Below, piece by piece: positions 12,620 through 24,817 of a DNA stretch of 64,000 nucleotides. The position numbers were made by a program, and so were the translations under genes. This stretch comes from Octopus vulgaris (Eukaryota). Position 1 is the first letter of the stretch. Every line of letters starts with the position of its first letter. The notes below the pieces were generated by a model, which was given only the letters and a program-made list of their open reading frames with translations, searched no databases and was not told the DNA's origin. The stretch is from assembly GCA_951406725.2 (NCBI GenBank), contig OX597825.1, positions 25,482,001-25,546,000 on the forward strand, written 5' to 3'.

Positions 12620-12840
12620 TTAAGATGAAAGTATAAAACTCCCCACCTTTGAAAGGGACACCAGTCCTTCGCAGGAGTGATGTCCAGGTGCCATAATGGT
12701 ACTCAGTTTCAGCTGAGTATACTGGAACAATATAAAATGAAGAACTTTGCACTAAAGACACAACACTCGGTCCGGTTCGAGAATCGAAACCCCTAGCTAA
12801 CGTTCGTGATCCCAACATCCTAAATACTAACCCATGCGTA
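12620..12840 (-). mobile_element. Degenerate CORE-type tRNA SINE
   Basis: B-box-like gtttcgattctc, tgttgtgtcttt..caa, actcagctg CORE-like motif. Confidence 0.6.
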
Positions 12841-13007
12841 TTGACACACTATAAAATTCTGTAAGTTTAAGTCAAAGAGTGAATTTTTATGTTGTTTAAT
12901 GTGCTCGTAATAGCAGCCAAACTTTGCTCAAATCAAGCCCTGGTGGATGGTAGGGAGAAGAAGGTGCGGACGTTCGAGTGTACCGTATGGATGGACATCA
13001 AATATAC

Positions 13008-13239
13008 ATATTTCTTTATTACCCACAAGGGGCTAAACACAGAGGGGACAAACAAGGACAGACATGGGTATTAAGTCGATTACATCGACCCCAGTGCGTA
13101 ACTGGTACTTAATTTATCGACCCCGAAAGGATGAAAGGCAAAGTCGACCTCGGCGGAATTTGAACTCACAACGTAACGCAGACGAAATACCGCTAAGCAT
13201 TTCGCCCGGCGTGCTAACGTTTCTGCCAGCTCGCCGCCT
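13008..13239 (-). mobile_element. Full-length tRNA SINE family B with 16-bp TSD
   Basis: Core gcctttcatcctttcggggtcgataaattaagtaccag (resembles Meta-type SINE central domain); TSD tggacatcaaatatac at 12992-13007 and 13240-13255. Confidence 0.92.
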
Positions 13240-13529
13240 TGGACATCAAATATACCGGTTGGTCATAACCTACTGCTCGAGCAGGGCCGACTGAGGCAAA
13301 GCGATTACTTAAAATATAATAACAAATGAGACAGTAATAGAGCAATTTCTGGAATTTAAAGAAGCCATTTTTGGTTGAAGAAGATGACAACGGGTATGTT
13401 GACTTTTTCCAGTTGATATTACATGCTAGTATCTTTTATATTTTAATTAATTAGTTCGGATATATTTCTTTTCCATTTAACATCACGCGTTCGGTCTGTC
13501 AAAGATGTCCTTTCTCGTTACTTCTATAT

Positions 13530-14272
13530 GTATTGACTCTAGAACCACTACTGCGGAAGCTGGCGACGCTGAGGGGCATCCTGCGAGAACAAGGATGCAG
13601 GAAGAGCGAGGCTGGCATACACGGACGATGTCACCGTCATAGTGTCAAGCCACAGGTATATTGGCCTGATCGGCGAGACACTAAAAGAATACGAATCGGT
13701 ATCGAGAATAAAAATTAACCCGGAAAAATCAGTGGGCTTGGGGTTCGGCACCTGGAAAAGCAAGCCCATGCCGTCCAACTGCGGACCGGTTAAATGGAGA
13801 AGAACTGGAATGAGATAACGAGCAGGATGGTCACTCTCACTTAGTTATGGGCCGAGAGGAAGCTATCTCTAAAAGGTCGGGCTGAGGTGGAGAATGCACA
13901 CATTGCATCCGTCATCTACTACCGCCTGACCGTTGTGCCCTGTCCTGACCCTACCATCACGAAAGTGGAACGCATACTCTTCCGCATTTTGTGGAACAGA
14001 AGCATTCCGATGGTTAGGCGATCCATTTGCTGTCAACATCCGGTAAATGGAGGGTTAGGTATGCCGTGGTTGATGATGCTCAGACATGTGCTGAGACTGC
14101 TACATCTCCAGCGTTTCATAGACGACAGTGAACAGGTGTGGTTGCCGTTTGTGAGATACGCTTTTTCCGCAGCTCGTATTATTGACTGAACTGCAATCAA
14201 GCACGTACCGAAGCTGGGCGAATGACACCGCGAGTGTCGCCATGCTCTCGAGCAGTTCTGCCATCCGGGCAT
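13530..14272 (+). mobile_element. L1/Tx1-clade LINE reverse transcriptase fragment (frameshifted)
   Basis: LTLEPLLRKL..YTDDVTVIV..KEYESVS..KINPEKS..; LSLKGRAEV..IASVIYYRLTV..ILFRILW..RRSICCQHPVNGGLGMP. Confidence 0.88.
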
Positions 14273-14425
14273 AATACAGCCATTAAGAAAACGGATGATT
14301 ATTAAGAAGTTGAATAGAGATACACTAGACCCTGTTATAAGATGGGGTGATCACGGCTGGAATACCTTTCACCACATATCTGTTCAATCAGGGATAAACA
14401 ACAATATTAACCAACAGCAACAACA

Positions 14426-14918
14426 GTGGAGGCGCAATGGCCCAGTGGTTAGAGCAGCGGACGCACGGTCGTAAGATCACGGTTCTGATTCCCAGACCGG
14501 GTATTGTGAGTGTTTATTGAGCAAAAACACCTAAGCTTCACGAGGTTCCGGCGGGGGAGAGTGGTGAATCCCGCTGTACTCTTTCACCACAACTTTCTCT
14601 CACTCTTTCTTCCTACTTCTGCCACAAAGCAGATGAACAATGGTGTAACCCACTATGGTGTGGTAAACTTTCAGACCCTAGTCTAGATTGCGAATCCTCA
14701 GTACCCCAGGATGGTTCAGCTCTCCACCCGTTAAAAGCAACCGTTTACGGAATGAGGATAACAACGTAGCTTTCGCGCCCGTGCAACCGCCAGTCTATCG
14801 CTTGTGGTGGATGGATCTTCAAGTTGCCACACACATTTTTAGTAGCTTAGAGTAGGCTCGAATTAGAGATTATTCTCTGTGGCTAATGGTGTGAGACCTG
14901 ATTGGAAGAAGAAGAAGA
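14426..14918 (+). mobile_element. tRNA SINE family C (tail type 1, (GAA)n end)
   Basis: gtggaggcgcaatggcccagtggttagagc head; tail nearly identical to 39040-39325. Confidence 0.88.
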
Positions 14919-14994
14919 CAGAAACAACAGCAATAACAAACACCAACAAAACAACAAATATTTGAAGGACTAGATCTGATGGATTAATACATTG

Positions 14995-15638
14995 GTTTCA
15001 GATTTTGGCACAAGGCCGACAAGTTCGGAGTTGGGTGGGTGAGTGCTTAACTGGTACTTATTTTATCGACCCCGAAAGAGATGAAGGGCAGAGACGACTC
15101 GAAGGAATTTGAACCCAGAACGTACAAACGGACGAGATGCCGCTAAGTACTTTGCCCGGCGTGCTAACGACTTCGCCAGCTCGCCGCCTTAAATTGTTTT
15201 CAAATCTTGACATAAGGCCAGCAATTTTCTTTTTGGGGGTGGGTGAGATGGAATCGATTACATCGACCCCAATGCTCAACAGGTAGTTATTTTATCGATT
15301 ACGAAAGGAATAAAAAGTGAAGTCGACCTCGGTGCATTTTGAACCCAGAATATACGGACAGACGAAATGCCGCTATACACTTTGCCCGGCGTGCTAACGA
15401 TTCAGCCAGCTCGCCGCCTTAAATTGGTATGAAATTTTGGCGCAAGGTCAGCAATTTTGGGAGAGGGAAATCGATTACGTAGACCCATGTGCTCACAGAT
15501 AGTTATTTTATCGACACTGCAAGCGATGAAAGGCAGAGTCGACCTCGGCGGGTTTTGAACCAAGAACATAAAGACGGACGAAATACCTCTAAGCATTTTG
15601 CTCGGCGCACTAACGATTCCGCCAGCTCGCCGCCTTAT
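14995..15638 (-). mobile_element. Tandem trimer of SINE family B (alternative tail ..ggccttgtgccaaaa)
   Basis: Three ~220-bp units each ending gccagctcgccgcctta on the + strand (~15190, ~15420, ~15637). Confidence 0.85.
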
Positions 15639-16742
15639 TGGAGTTATATAATATATTGAAGCCGCTCAGGGGTCGGGGTGGATTTTAGTTAAAGAAGTAT
15701 TTTATGAAACCCCCAGGCTCGTATTTTAACAGTTTCCATGCAGTTGTTTTTATTCTCCATAACTTATTGATGTGAATTTGGATTTTTTCAATACTGACGA
15801 ACATAAAATATTATACAGAAAGAAAAGAACGAGCCATATAAGTTTACAGAAGAGGAAATGAAAATCTTGTTTGTTAATATCTAGGAAATGGCTGAAAACA
15901 TTAATTCAATTGAACAAAAATCATAACGCAAAAGGAAACATTTTCTTCATCGATTCAATTAACTATATTCTTAGAAGTGATAGCATCTTTCTTAATATAG
16001 TATATCTACAAATTAATGTACCAGGAATAACTGGTCTCGATCCACTAGTCTATATACTTCAAATAAGAAAAGAAGCTCAGTATTTTGGCTTCAGGGTCAG
16101 ACAAAAGGGCAACAATACTAACATTATTTTGCGTGTTCTGCAAGTTTAAAACAAATTATGTCGTGTGTTCGAATCGCACCGTAGTCAAATTTGTCTCCCA
16201 TTATTCAGTAATTGAGAAAATGAAATAAAGTAAGCAAACCAACCGAAAACTGATACTTATGCAATCCATTGTGTTCTATGCCTCGATGTGTGGCCTGGGT
16301 AGTGAAGGTTATAAATGCTTATTATAGACGCAATCTATATGTTTGAAATTTTGTCCAAGAATCTGAGTTCAAATCCTCTCAAAGCCAGATGTGCTTTTCA
16401 CTCTTCAGACATCAATAACAACAACCAGTAATAAACTAAGATTCATTCAATAGACTATAAATGCTTTTGAAAATCAGTATTTCTCAGGAAAGGGAATAAT
16501 TGGCCCCCCACCAAAAAAAAACCCAAAACAATGCTGAAACAATTCTGATAATTGTGATCTTATTTTCTTTATTTACGGCATTACAATATTGATTTAAATT
16601 GGCCGAAGGCCATAAACAAATTTGTATATAAATACATTTGTATAGTTATTAAAGCCCACCACTGTGTGGAGGGCCTGAGAGCTATGCCAATGGAGTGCAA
16701 GATCTTGGTAGGGTCTCCCATCTGAGTTCGATTCCAGGCTGG

Positions 16743-16802
<60 letters not shown>

Positions 16803-16805
16803 CAA

Positions 16806-16962
16806 CAACATCGAAAACTACCCTAGCAATGAGAACCCAGCTTCGAAAATTCCCCAAGACATCTGATTAAGGCTGGAGTTTATGTCAGCCGAGACGTTGT
16901 GTTAACAACAAACAAGATGAGGACAAATATCCATCAATTGTAAATAATGTAAATAATGTATA
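16806..16962 (+). mobile_element. Penelope-like pLTR fragment with degenerate hammerhead motif
   Basis: gacat-CTGATTA-a-ggctg..cagcc-GAGACGTT-gtgtt at 16858-16903: stems I and II intact, two core substitutions; follows (AAT)n/(AAC)n. Confidence 0.65.
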
Positions 16963-18039
16963 AGGTATTTTGCCTGACGTAGTGATTCTGGCATACATGA
17001 ACAAAACCCCTACTCCACTTGCTTACCAACGAGCATCCATCTCTTTGAAATTCGTAACAAAATGGGAGTTGAAAATATTTGTTATTTTGCTGCCTTTCAG
17101 AGCTGCTAAGTATCTCGCGTTTCATGATGCTGAGTAGTTGAGAGAGAAAATAGCCCTTCTATTGGGCAGAATATAGATATAGGTTAGCATTCAATAGATT
17201 ACTTGGTATCTATTCACAACAGCTGGGTGACTTGAGCTATCTAGAATAAAGGGACATATCGCAAACACATTACAAAGAAATGCTTGCTGCGGATTCAAGT
17301 AATACATATGAACAGATTGGTTATTATTATATCAGTTCGGCTATTTTGTTCCTACTTTATTGACTGTAATAGTCTGATGCCGTTTACACCTCTCACTCGT
17401 AGTATCATCTTTAGGAAACTACGTCTGCCCTATCAGAGTTAACTGAATTTGAATGACGGGGAATTAAAATAAATAAGAACTAAAATCGTTATTGGCAAAA
17501 ATGTGGTGAAAACAAATGCAAAGAGCCAGTCTCCGACCATCCGCCATTACTAATGATTATTTGTCTGGCTGTCTTTATACCCTAGCCATACAGTTAGCTG
17601 TAGCATCGAAGAGTTTTTAGATTGTTTCAAAACAACTGATGAAATCGAATCAAATTTTGAAAGGTTTTTCGCTTTAGAGCTGGGTCAACAAACAAACAGA
17701 TTGAACGTTTGGGCTATTTATATAAGAAAATTTAGACTTAGAGTCAAGAGGTGTTGTCGATCAAGCTGATTATCCAAGCATTTAATGGCCGTCTTTATTC
17801 GCTTCACTAAATAACTTGTCTTGCGGCTAGAAATACTTTTAGCATAGATTCCCGCTCAATTCACGTTGCCTGAATTACTAACATGACTACACCTTCTAAA
17901 GACCAGTTAAACAGATTTAGAAATGCTATTTCTCGAACGGGCTTCCTATTTATATATATTTCTCTTCTTTAATCAATTATTCATTATAATTTGATTTCTT
18001 CTTAATTTTGTAACTTTTATTTTATTGGAAAAGCAAAAC

Positions 18040-18174
<135 letters not shown>

Positions 18175-18278
18175 TACATACATACATGCATATATACATA
18201 TCTATCAATCTAGCTATCTATCTATATATATAGATATATACATACAGACATGCAAACACACACGTACACACACATATG

Positions 18279-18309
<31 letters not shown>

Positions 18310-18824
18310 GTGCGTACACACGTACTTACTTACGTACATAGACACACACATATACATACACACACGCTCATGCGGATATACAGTAATTGATTGAAGAGAA
18401 TCGTTGCAACAGTCACCAAAATGCCTTGCGGTATTTCTTCCCGTTGTTTACGCTGCGAGTTCAAATGCCGCAGAGGTCAACTTTGCTTCCCTTTCATCTT
18501 TTCAGGGTTGATCTAGTGAAGTACTACTCAAGTTATGTGTTGACTAGCATCTTAGCATCTTCTAAACACGCCCCCTTAAACTACTGCAGTTAGAATCATG
18601 CGTACATACACACATACGTACATACATGCATATATAACAATACAGAGACACTCACACATACTTATATAAGTATATGTACGTGCGTGCGTATGTATATGAT
18701 ATGAGGCATCCGCAGCGTAACTTGAAGCTATGGACCTTCGCTTTGTTACTGAAAAACCTTCAGGTGCTCGACCACGAAATTCTATATTTATGCCATATCT
18801 ATGCCAGAAACTTTTAGTCTTTAA

Positions 18825-18908
<84 letters not shown>

Positions 18909-18912
18909 ATAT

Positions 18913-19097
18913 GTAGGTCCCGGGTTGAGTCGGGGTTAACCACAGTAAATAAGGTACTCAATACATAGTAGAGTAAATTAATTTATTTTATACAAGGAGC
19001 TTCTACAGGACTAGAACTGTTTCATTCAAAAGAAATCATCAGGAACTTCCTGATGATTTCTTTTGAATGAAACAGTTCTAGTCCTGTAAACTCCTTC

Positions 19098-19105
<8 letters not shown>
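18913..19105. mobile_element. (TA)n-flanked mini element containing a perfect 42-bp palindrome
   Basis: Arms 19004-19045 and 19047-19088 with 1-nt spacer; AATAAA downstream on the minus strand. Confidence 0.75.
19001..19046 (-). ncRNA. Hammerhead ribozyme motif (mirrored on + at 19047-19088)
   Basis: Minus: ttc-CTGATGA-tttcttttgaat-GAAA-cag-ttctagtc-ctg-TA-gaa; stem I ttc/gaa, stem II ttc/gaa, stem III acag/ctgt, GUA triplet. Confidence 0.7.
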
Positions 19106-19157
<52 letters not shown>

Positions 19158-19159
19158 GC

Positions 19160-19540
19160 CGTCTTTACACTCTGAGTTCAAATTATGCCGTGCTCTACTT
19201 TGTCTTTCATCCTTTCAGGGTCGATAGAATAACTACCAGTTGAACATTGGGGTCGATGTAATCGACTAACTCTCTGCTCGAAATTTCATTTGAGGCCTTT
19301 GTAGAAAGAATTATTCTACGATACTCGAAGACAGAGAGTTGCCATTCAATTGAAATTTTCGAAAAGGGAGCTAGCCAATTACATCGACCCCAGTGTTCAA
19401 CTGGTAAATATTTTATCGACCCTGAAAGAAGGAAAGGCACAGTTGACCACGGTAGAACTTGAACTCAGAATGTAAAGACGAACGAAATACAGCTAAGCAT
19501 TTTATCTAGCATGGAAACAATTCTGCCGGCTCGCAGCCTT
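19160..19540. mobile_element. Two degenerate family B SINEs in opposite orientation
   Basis: tttcatcctttcagggtcgata on + (~19205) and tatcgaccctgaaagaagga on - (~19414). Confidence 0.7.
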
Positions 19541-19740
19541 GTTGTATTTTAGAATAATTATATATCTTAAGGAGAAGAGAAACACTATGATATTGCTATA
19601 TTGTTATATTGCATCTGTTATGTTATGTGTGAGGCTTTTTCCACTTGAAAACATATACAAGAGCGAGATCTAAACTCATTCGAACATGGCTCTTCAGAAA
19701 TGTTTGGCTCTTCAGAAATGAAGTGAGATAGACTAAATCT

Positions 19741-20183
19741 TTTACTCTTTTACTCTTTTACTTGTTTCAGTCATTTGACTGCGGCCATGCTGGAGCACCG
19801 CCTTTAGTCGAGTAAATCGATCTCAGGACTTATTCTTTTAGGAAACCTAGTACTTATTTTATCGGTCTCTTTTGCCGAACCGCTAAGTTTCGGGGACGTA
19901 ACACACCAGGATCAGTTGTCAAGCGATGTTGGGAGGACAAACACAGACACGCAAACGTATACATACACACACATACATATATACATATACATATATACAT
20001 ATATACATATACATATATACGACGGGCTTCTTTCAGTTTCCGCCTACCAAATCCACTCACAAGGCGTTGGTCGGCCTGAGGCTATAGTAGAAGACACATG
20101 CCGAAGGTGCCACGCAGTGGGACTCACCCCGGAATCATGTGGTTGGTAAGCAAGCTACTTACCACACAGCCACTCCTACGCCT
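19741..20183 (-). mobile_element. Full-length SINE family A
   Basis: Reverse complement of 8183-8662 with (TAAAAGAG)n tail. Confidence 0.9.
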
Positions 20184-20889
20184 ATAATATAAACCTTCTT
20201 TTATTAAATAGACGATCAGATTGTATAGAAGATGGTGCATCGTCAGAAGAGTCTACTGCTGTATATTACTGGTACATATTCGAGCCAAAACGTCATTAAT
20301 CGACCAGGTAGAAACAGATCGCATTCAAACCTAGATTGCACGTTATCATTTTAAGAGAAGTAAAGACACGTTGGGTCATACGGTGATTCATTAGTGAATG
20401 AAGGGATGGCCAAGGCTGGAATATTACTATTAGAGGTTGAACCCAGCGTGAAGAGCAGTAACAGCAATAGATATAAATGCTGGAGTGAGGTATTTTGACA
20501 TATTACGGTTCCTGTCAACTCGCGATTCACAAACGATATATACGCTCGGTAACATACATGTCTACGCTCGAGTCTCTCTGTCTCTCTACAAACACACATA
20601 CAAACACACGCACAAACGTGTATATATATATATATACGTAGATATATATATTTAAATATATATGCGTATATATGTATATACACATGCACACACACGGGCA
20701 CGCACACCAAGACATATCTCTCTACAAATATACTGACATACATGTATACACATACACGCGTACACACGCATATATATATAATACCCTTAAAATTATATAT
20801 GCATGCGTTAGTGTGCAGCGTGTGCATGTGTGAGTGTGCCGGTATGTGCTTGAGTGCGTGTATATATCATTCTTCAATCTTTTATTTAG

Positions 20890-21116
20890 CGTTTTCCTAT
20901 ATGCATATATATATAGTTAAATATATGTGCACATACATACATATGTATGTATATATGTCTATATATATATATGTATATATATATATATACATGTATATAT
21001 ATTTGTATATAATTATATATATATATATGTGTATATGTATCTATATATATGTATAAAAAGTATATATGTACATATATATATGTATATATATGTATATATA
21101 TATATACATATATATA

Positions 21117-21147
<31 letters not shown>

Positions 21148-21234
21148 GTGTGTATGTATATATACATATATATGTACATGTGTATATATGTATGTATATG
21201 TTTGTATATGTATATATATATATGTATGCATATA

Positions 21235-21292
<58 letters not shown>

Positions 21293-21335
21293 CATACATA
21301 TATATATGTATGTATGTGTGTATCTATGCATATAT
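20890..21335. repeat. Compound (TA)n/(TATG)n microsatellite
   Basis: Direct reading. Confidence 0.95.
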
Positions 21336-21958
21336 AGAAAAATATATCAATGAGAGTTTGAAGTTCCGTTCACGTTTATATGGCTGGTGGTGGTTAAATG
21401 AAAAGAGTTTTCCTCTCTCATCAATCTCTTTATTTGATCGGAGAATCAATTTCCTTCTGTGAAATGAGTTCTTTAGCTTCATGTTGCGTTTGTCAACATT
21501 TACTTAACAATTCGAATCCAGATCCGATGACACTCTGCGATAGCTCAATGACGTCATATCGCCTCTTTCATGTACCAGAGTCCGCTTTAGTAAAACGGTT
21601 TTTCTTTCACCTGCTGTTAGTTCTTCTTATTTTTTTTTTTTCATGCGCATTTTATACGGCTGAAAGATGGCGTTTAAACTAGAGCACATTCTAAAGACGG
21701 GATCAAACATTTATACTGATTTATTTGTTCACTACAAATTGGGAATGAGGATAGTTTCAATTCGCTATTTCTATTTTTTTTTCTGTATATTTCTTCGAGA
21801 TGACTGTACATATTTATGAAAATACATGGCTATCATTAACGAAATTCGGCGGAAATGAATGTAAAGTGAAATTGATATATATATATGTATATATATATAT
21901 GTATGTATGTATGTACGTGTGTGTGTGTGTGTGTGTGCGTATGTATGTCTCTCTCTCT

Positions 21959-22029
<71 letters not shown>

Positions 22030-22684
22030 TATATATATATGTATAATCATATTGAAATTATATAACGGGTTTTTAATTGTTCTATAAAATATATTTCTGA
22101 TTTTAGCAAATATTAATGCAATAGACAGATGTAAACAATTTATCTTTATATACATTGTCGTTGTCAGCAAACTAGGGAACAGCCGGAGCAGTTTCAATCC
22201 TGTGCTAAGATTTCACCAGCGCGCAATTATTGCTTAAATGAATAGGATACACTGATTAGCATAAATGACGCTTTCTCGACAGCTAGTTCGTTTAATAAAT
22301 CACTAGTATATTAACAGTGCTATATTTTAATGTTATACTTTCCTACAGAATGTATACATAGATTTTTGCCGAATACTGTAAGTAATTGAAAAATGTAAGC
22401 ATTTTGTCTTAAAATATAATATCCTTGTAGACATTGAAACTTTATTTTTTATTGATTGGATTTTAGTTTTAGTGAATTTATGTGTATGTTTTTTTAATAT
22501 ATATTTAAAATGTGAAAACCTGAGAAAAATCATTGAAAATACTAAAAAAGTTTGTGCTACAATTTACGTGAATGAAAAATTCTCTAAAGTTAATAATATT
22601 TTTTTATTGGGATGAAGTTAGGAAAGCAGTCTGCAAAGCGAAATGCTGGCTCTTCCAAATATCTCTGTTCTCTTCCAAATATCA

Positions 22685-22820
22685 GGCACAGGCGGAGCTG
22701 TGTGGTAAGTAGCTTGCTTCCCAACCACATGGTAATGGGTTCAGTCCTACTGCATGGTACATTGGGCAAGTGTCTTCTACTATAGCCTCGGGCCGATCGA
22801 AGTCTTGTAAGTGGATTTAA
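22685..22820 (+). mobile_element. SINE family A head followed by (TCTG)n/(TCTA)n
   Basis: gctgtgtggtaagtagcttgcttcccaaccacatgg..gggcaagtgtcttctactatagcc. Confidence 0.85.
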
Positions 22821-22919
22821 TAAATCTGTCTGTCTGTCTATCTGTCTGTCTATCTGTCTGTCTATCTGTCTGTCTGTATATCTATCTGTCTGTCTGTCTG
22901 TCTATCCATCCATCCATCC

Positions 22920-23013
<94 letters not shown>

Positions 23014-23074
23014 TTGTCTGTCTGTCTCTCTGTCTGTCTGAGTGCGTGTGAGGGCGGCATGTTTCGCCTTTGTT

Positions 23075-24025
23075 TAACAGCACTTGGACATCTTCCTGGT
23101 GGGGCCAGTGTATGAAGGTGTCATCAACATATCGCAGCCATAGAGTTGGTTTTAGTGGTGTTGATACTTTTAGAATTTGGCTTTAGGATCAACACCACTA
23201 AAACCAACTCTATGGCTGCGATATGTTGATGACACCTTCATACTCTGGCCCCACCAGGAAGATATCCAAGTGCTGTTAGATCATGTGGACTCAATAAAGA
23301 CATCCATTCAGTTCACAACGGAAAAAGAAAAAGAAAAAATCAGCTAGCATTCCTGGACGTATTAATTACACGGACCAAGTATAGATTCAGGACACCCGTA
23401 TTCCGCAAGCCGTCATTCACTGGACGATACCTCAACTTCAACTCCCACCATCCATACAGTGTAAAGAGAAGGATTGGTCATTGTCTAAAACATCGAGTAA
23501 TAATTATAAGTAGCGATCGTGATACCCACCACAAAGAAATGATCAAGCTCAGTAACAATCTATTAAGCAACAACTAACCCAAAAGCATACTCTCCACTCC
23601 AATTATGAAGAAAAAGAGAGGATGAAACCGACAAACTGTCCACAAAAGATGTGCGACCCATATGACAGCAAGACAGTATTCCAAAGTAATACAAAACTTC
23701 GCTAATATCTCCTTCGAGTAACACCACCAATAGAAGAGAATATGACTAAGAACTGCGTGTACTCAGTCCCATGCAGCTGTGGTAGGTTATACAAAGGCGA
23801 AACATGCCACTCCACTCAAAATAAAGGTAGAAGAACATCGCAAAGCTGATCATGTTGGGAAAAATGGAGACCACCTCCCCCTGTGGGATGAAGTTAAAAT
23901 AATAGACAGAGAACACCACTGGAAAATATGAAAACTAAAAGAAGCAGCACATATGCTAGGACACAACAAACACCCAAGCAGATCGAGTGCAGATATGAAG
24001 AGCATATGGGAACCGGTACTAATGG
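23075..24025 (+). mobile_element. Penelope-like element fragment (RT C-terminus plus GIY-YIG endonuclease) with 91-bp 5' inversion
   Basis: [50 protein letters not shown]..; NCVYSVPCSCGRLYKGET..EEHRK..KLKEAAHM; arms 23075-23165 / 23188-23278. Confidence 0.92.
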
Positions 24026-24817
24026 ACCATGCCTGGACAAGAGCAGTGTAAATAATGGTGAGGAGATATCCATGTAGGATCAAGTGGCGAGCCATGAGTT
24101 GAGACTGAGTCTCAAAGTCATGGCAGTCACTGCAGAGCCTACGGAGATGGAGGAATTGAGAGTAGGGGATGGAGAGCTAGGTGTGGGTAGGATAGGAAGA
24201 GGAGAAGTTGAGGCAGTCTAGTTGAGGAAGATAAGTTGTGGTAGGTGTGAGTTAATGTGTTTGTAGTGGATAGAGGTGGTGAAAGCGGAGTAGTGGTGTT
24301 GCAGAAATGTCGAGAAATTTGACGAGAAATCTTGCATGCATTAATTTCAACCCTTCTTATTAATAACCGCAATTTTTCCTTCCAGGTAAATTGACATCTG
24401 ACTGCTCAAAGAAGACTTCAAAAGTAACTGGTAACGACTTCTCTTGAAGTTTCAGATCTTTACATTCAACTATCAATCATCACATCGCTACCAAATCTAA
24501 CAAAGGAAATACATGATGGTTCCACAGCAAAAGTCGCCTTTCACATAATATCCTCATATACTATCCTATCTAAATCAGCATCAATAAGGATTTCGATTCC
24601 ATTCTCCCCTTTCGCCTACACAACCTATGCAATACAGGTCACCTACGTTGCCATCATGATCACCGATTAAAACTCACCACCGCAAAAAGCAAAACACCTT
24701 CACACATCTACAATCATCATCATCATCACCATCATCATTATCATCACCACCACCACCACCACCACCGCCACCACCATCATCATCTAAAGGCAGCAGTAAA
24801 AATGCTATCAATGTCAT

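Noticed and set aside
14426-14505. tRNA gene-like A/B boxes (also 8183, 42040-42114, 50964)
   Set aside because: They continue into multicopy SINE bodies and do not close a full cloverleaf; these are SINE heads, not tRNA genes
16640-16686. SECIS element
   Set aside because: Lacks the AUGA quartet start and apical AA; no associated selenoprotein ORF
17637-17665. CTGATGA as a hammerhead (also 41692)
   Set aside because: No properly spaced GAAA-stem III-UH or stem I pairing
19687-19721. Short direct duplications (tggctcttcagaaatg x2; ctcttccaaatatc x2 at ~22650-22685)
   Set aside because: Ordinary slippage-type micro-duplications with no further structure
21398-21682. 94-aa ORF containing a TGACGTCA (CRE-like) site
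   Set aside because: No recognisable homology or splice support; a single 8-mer is expected by chance in 64 kb
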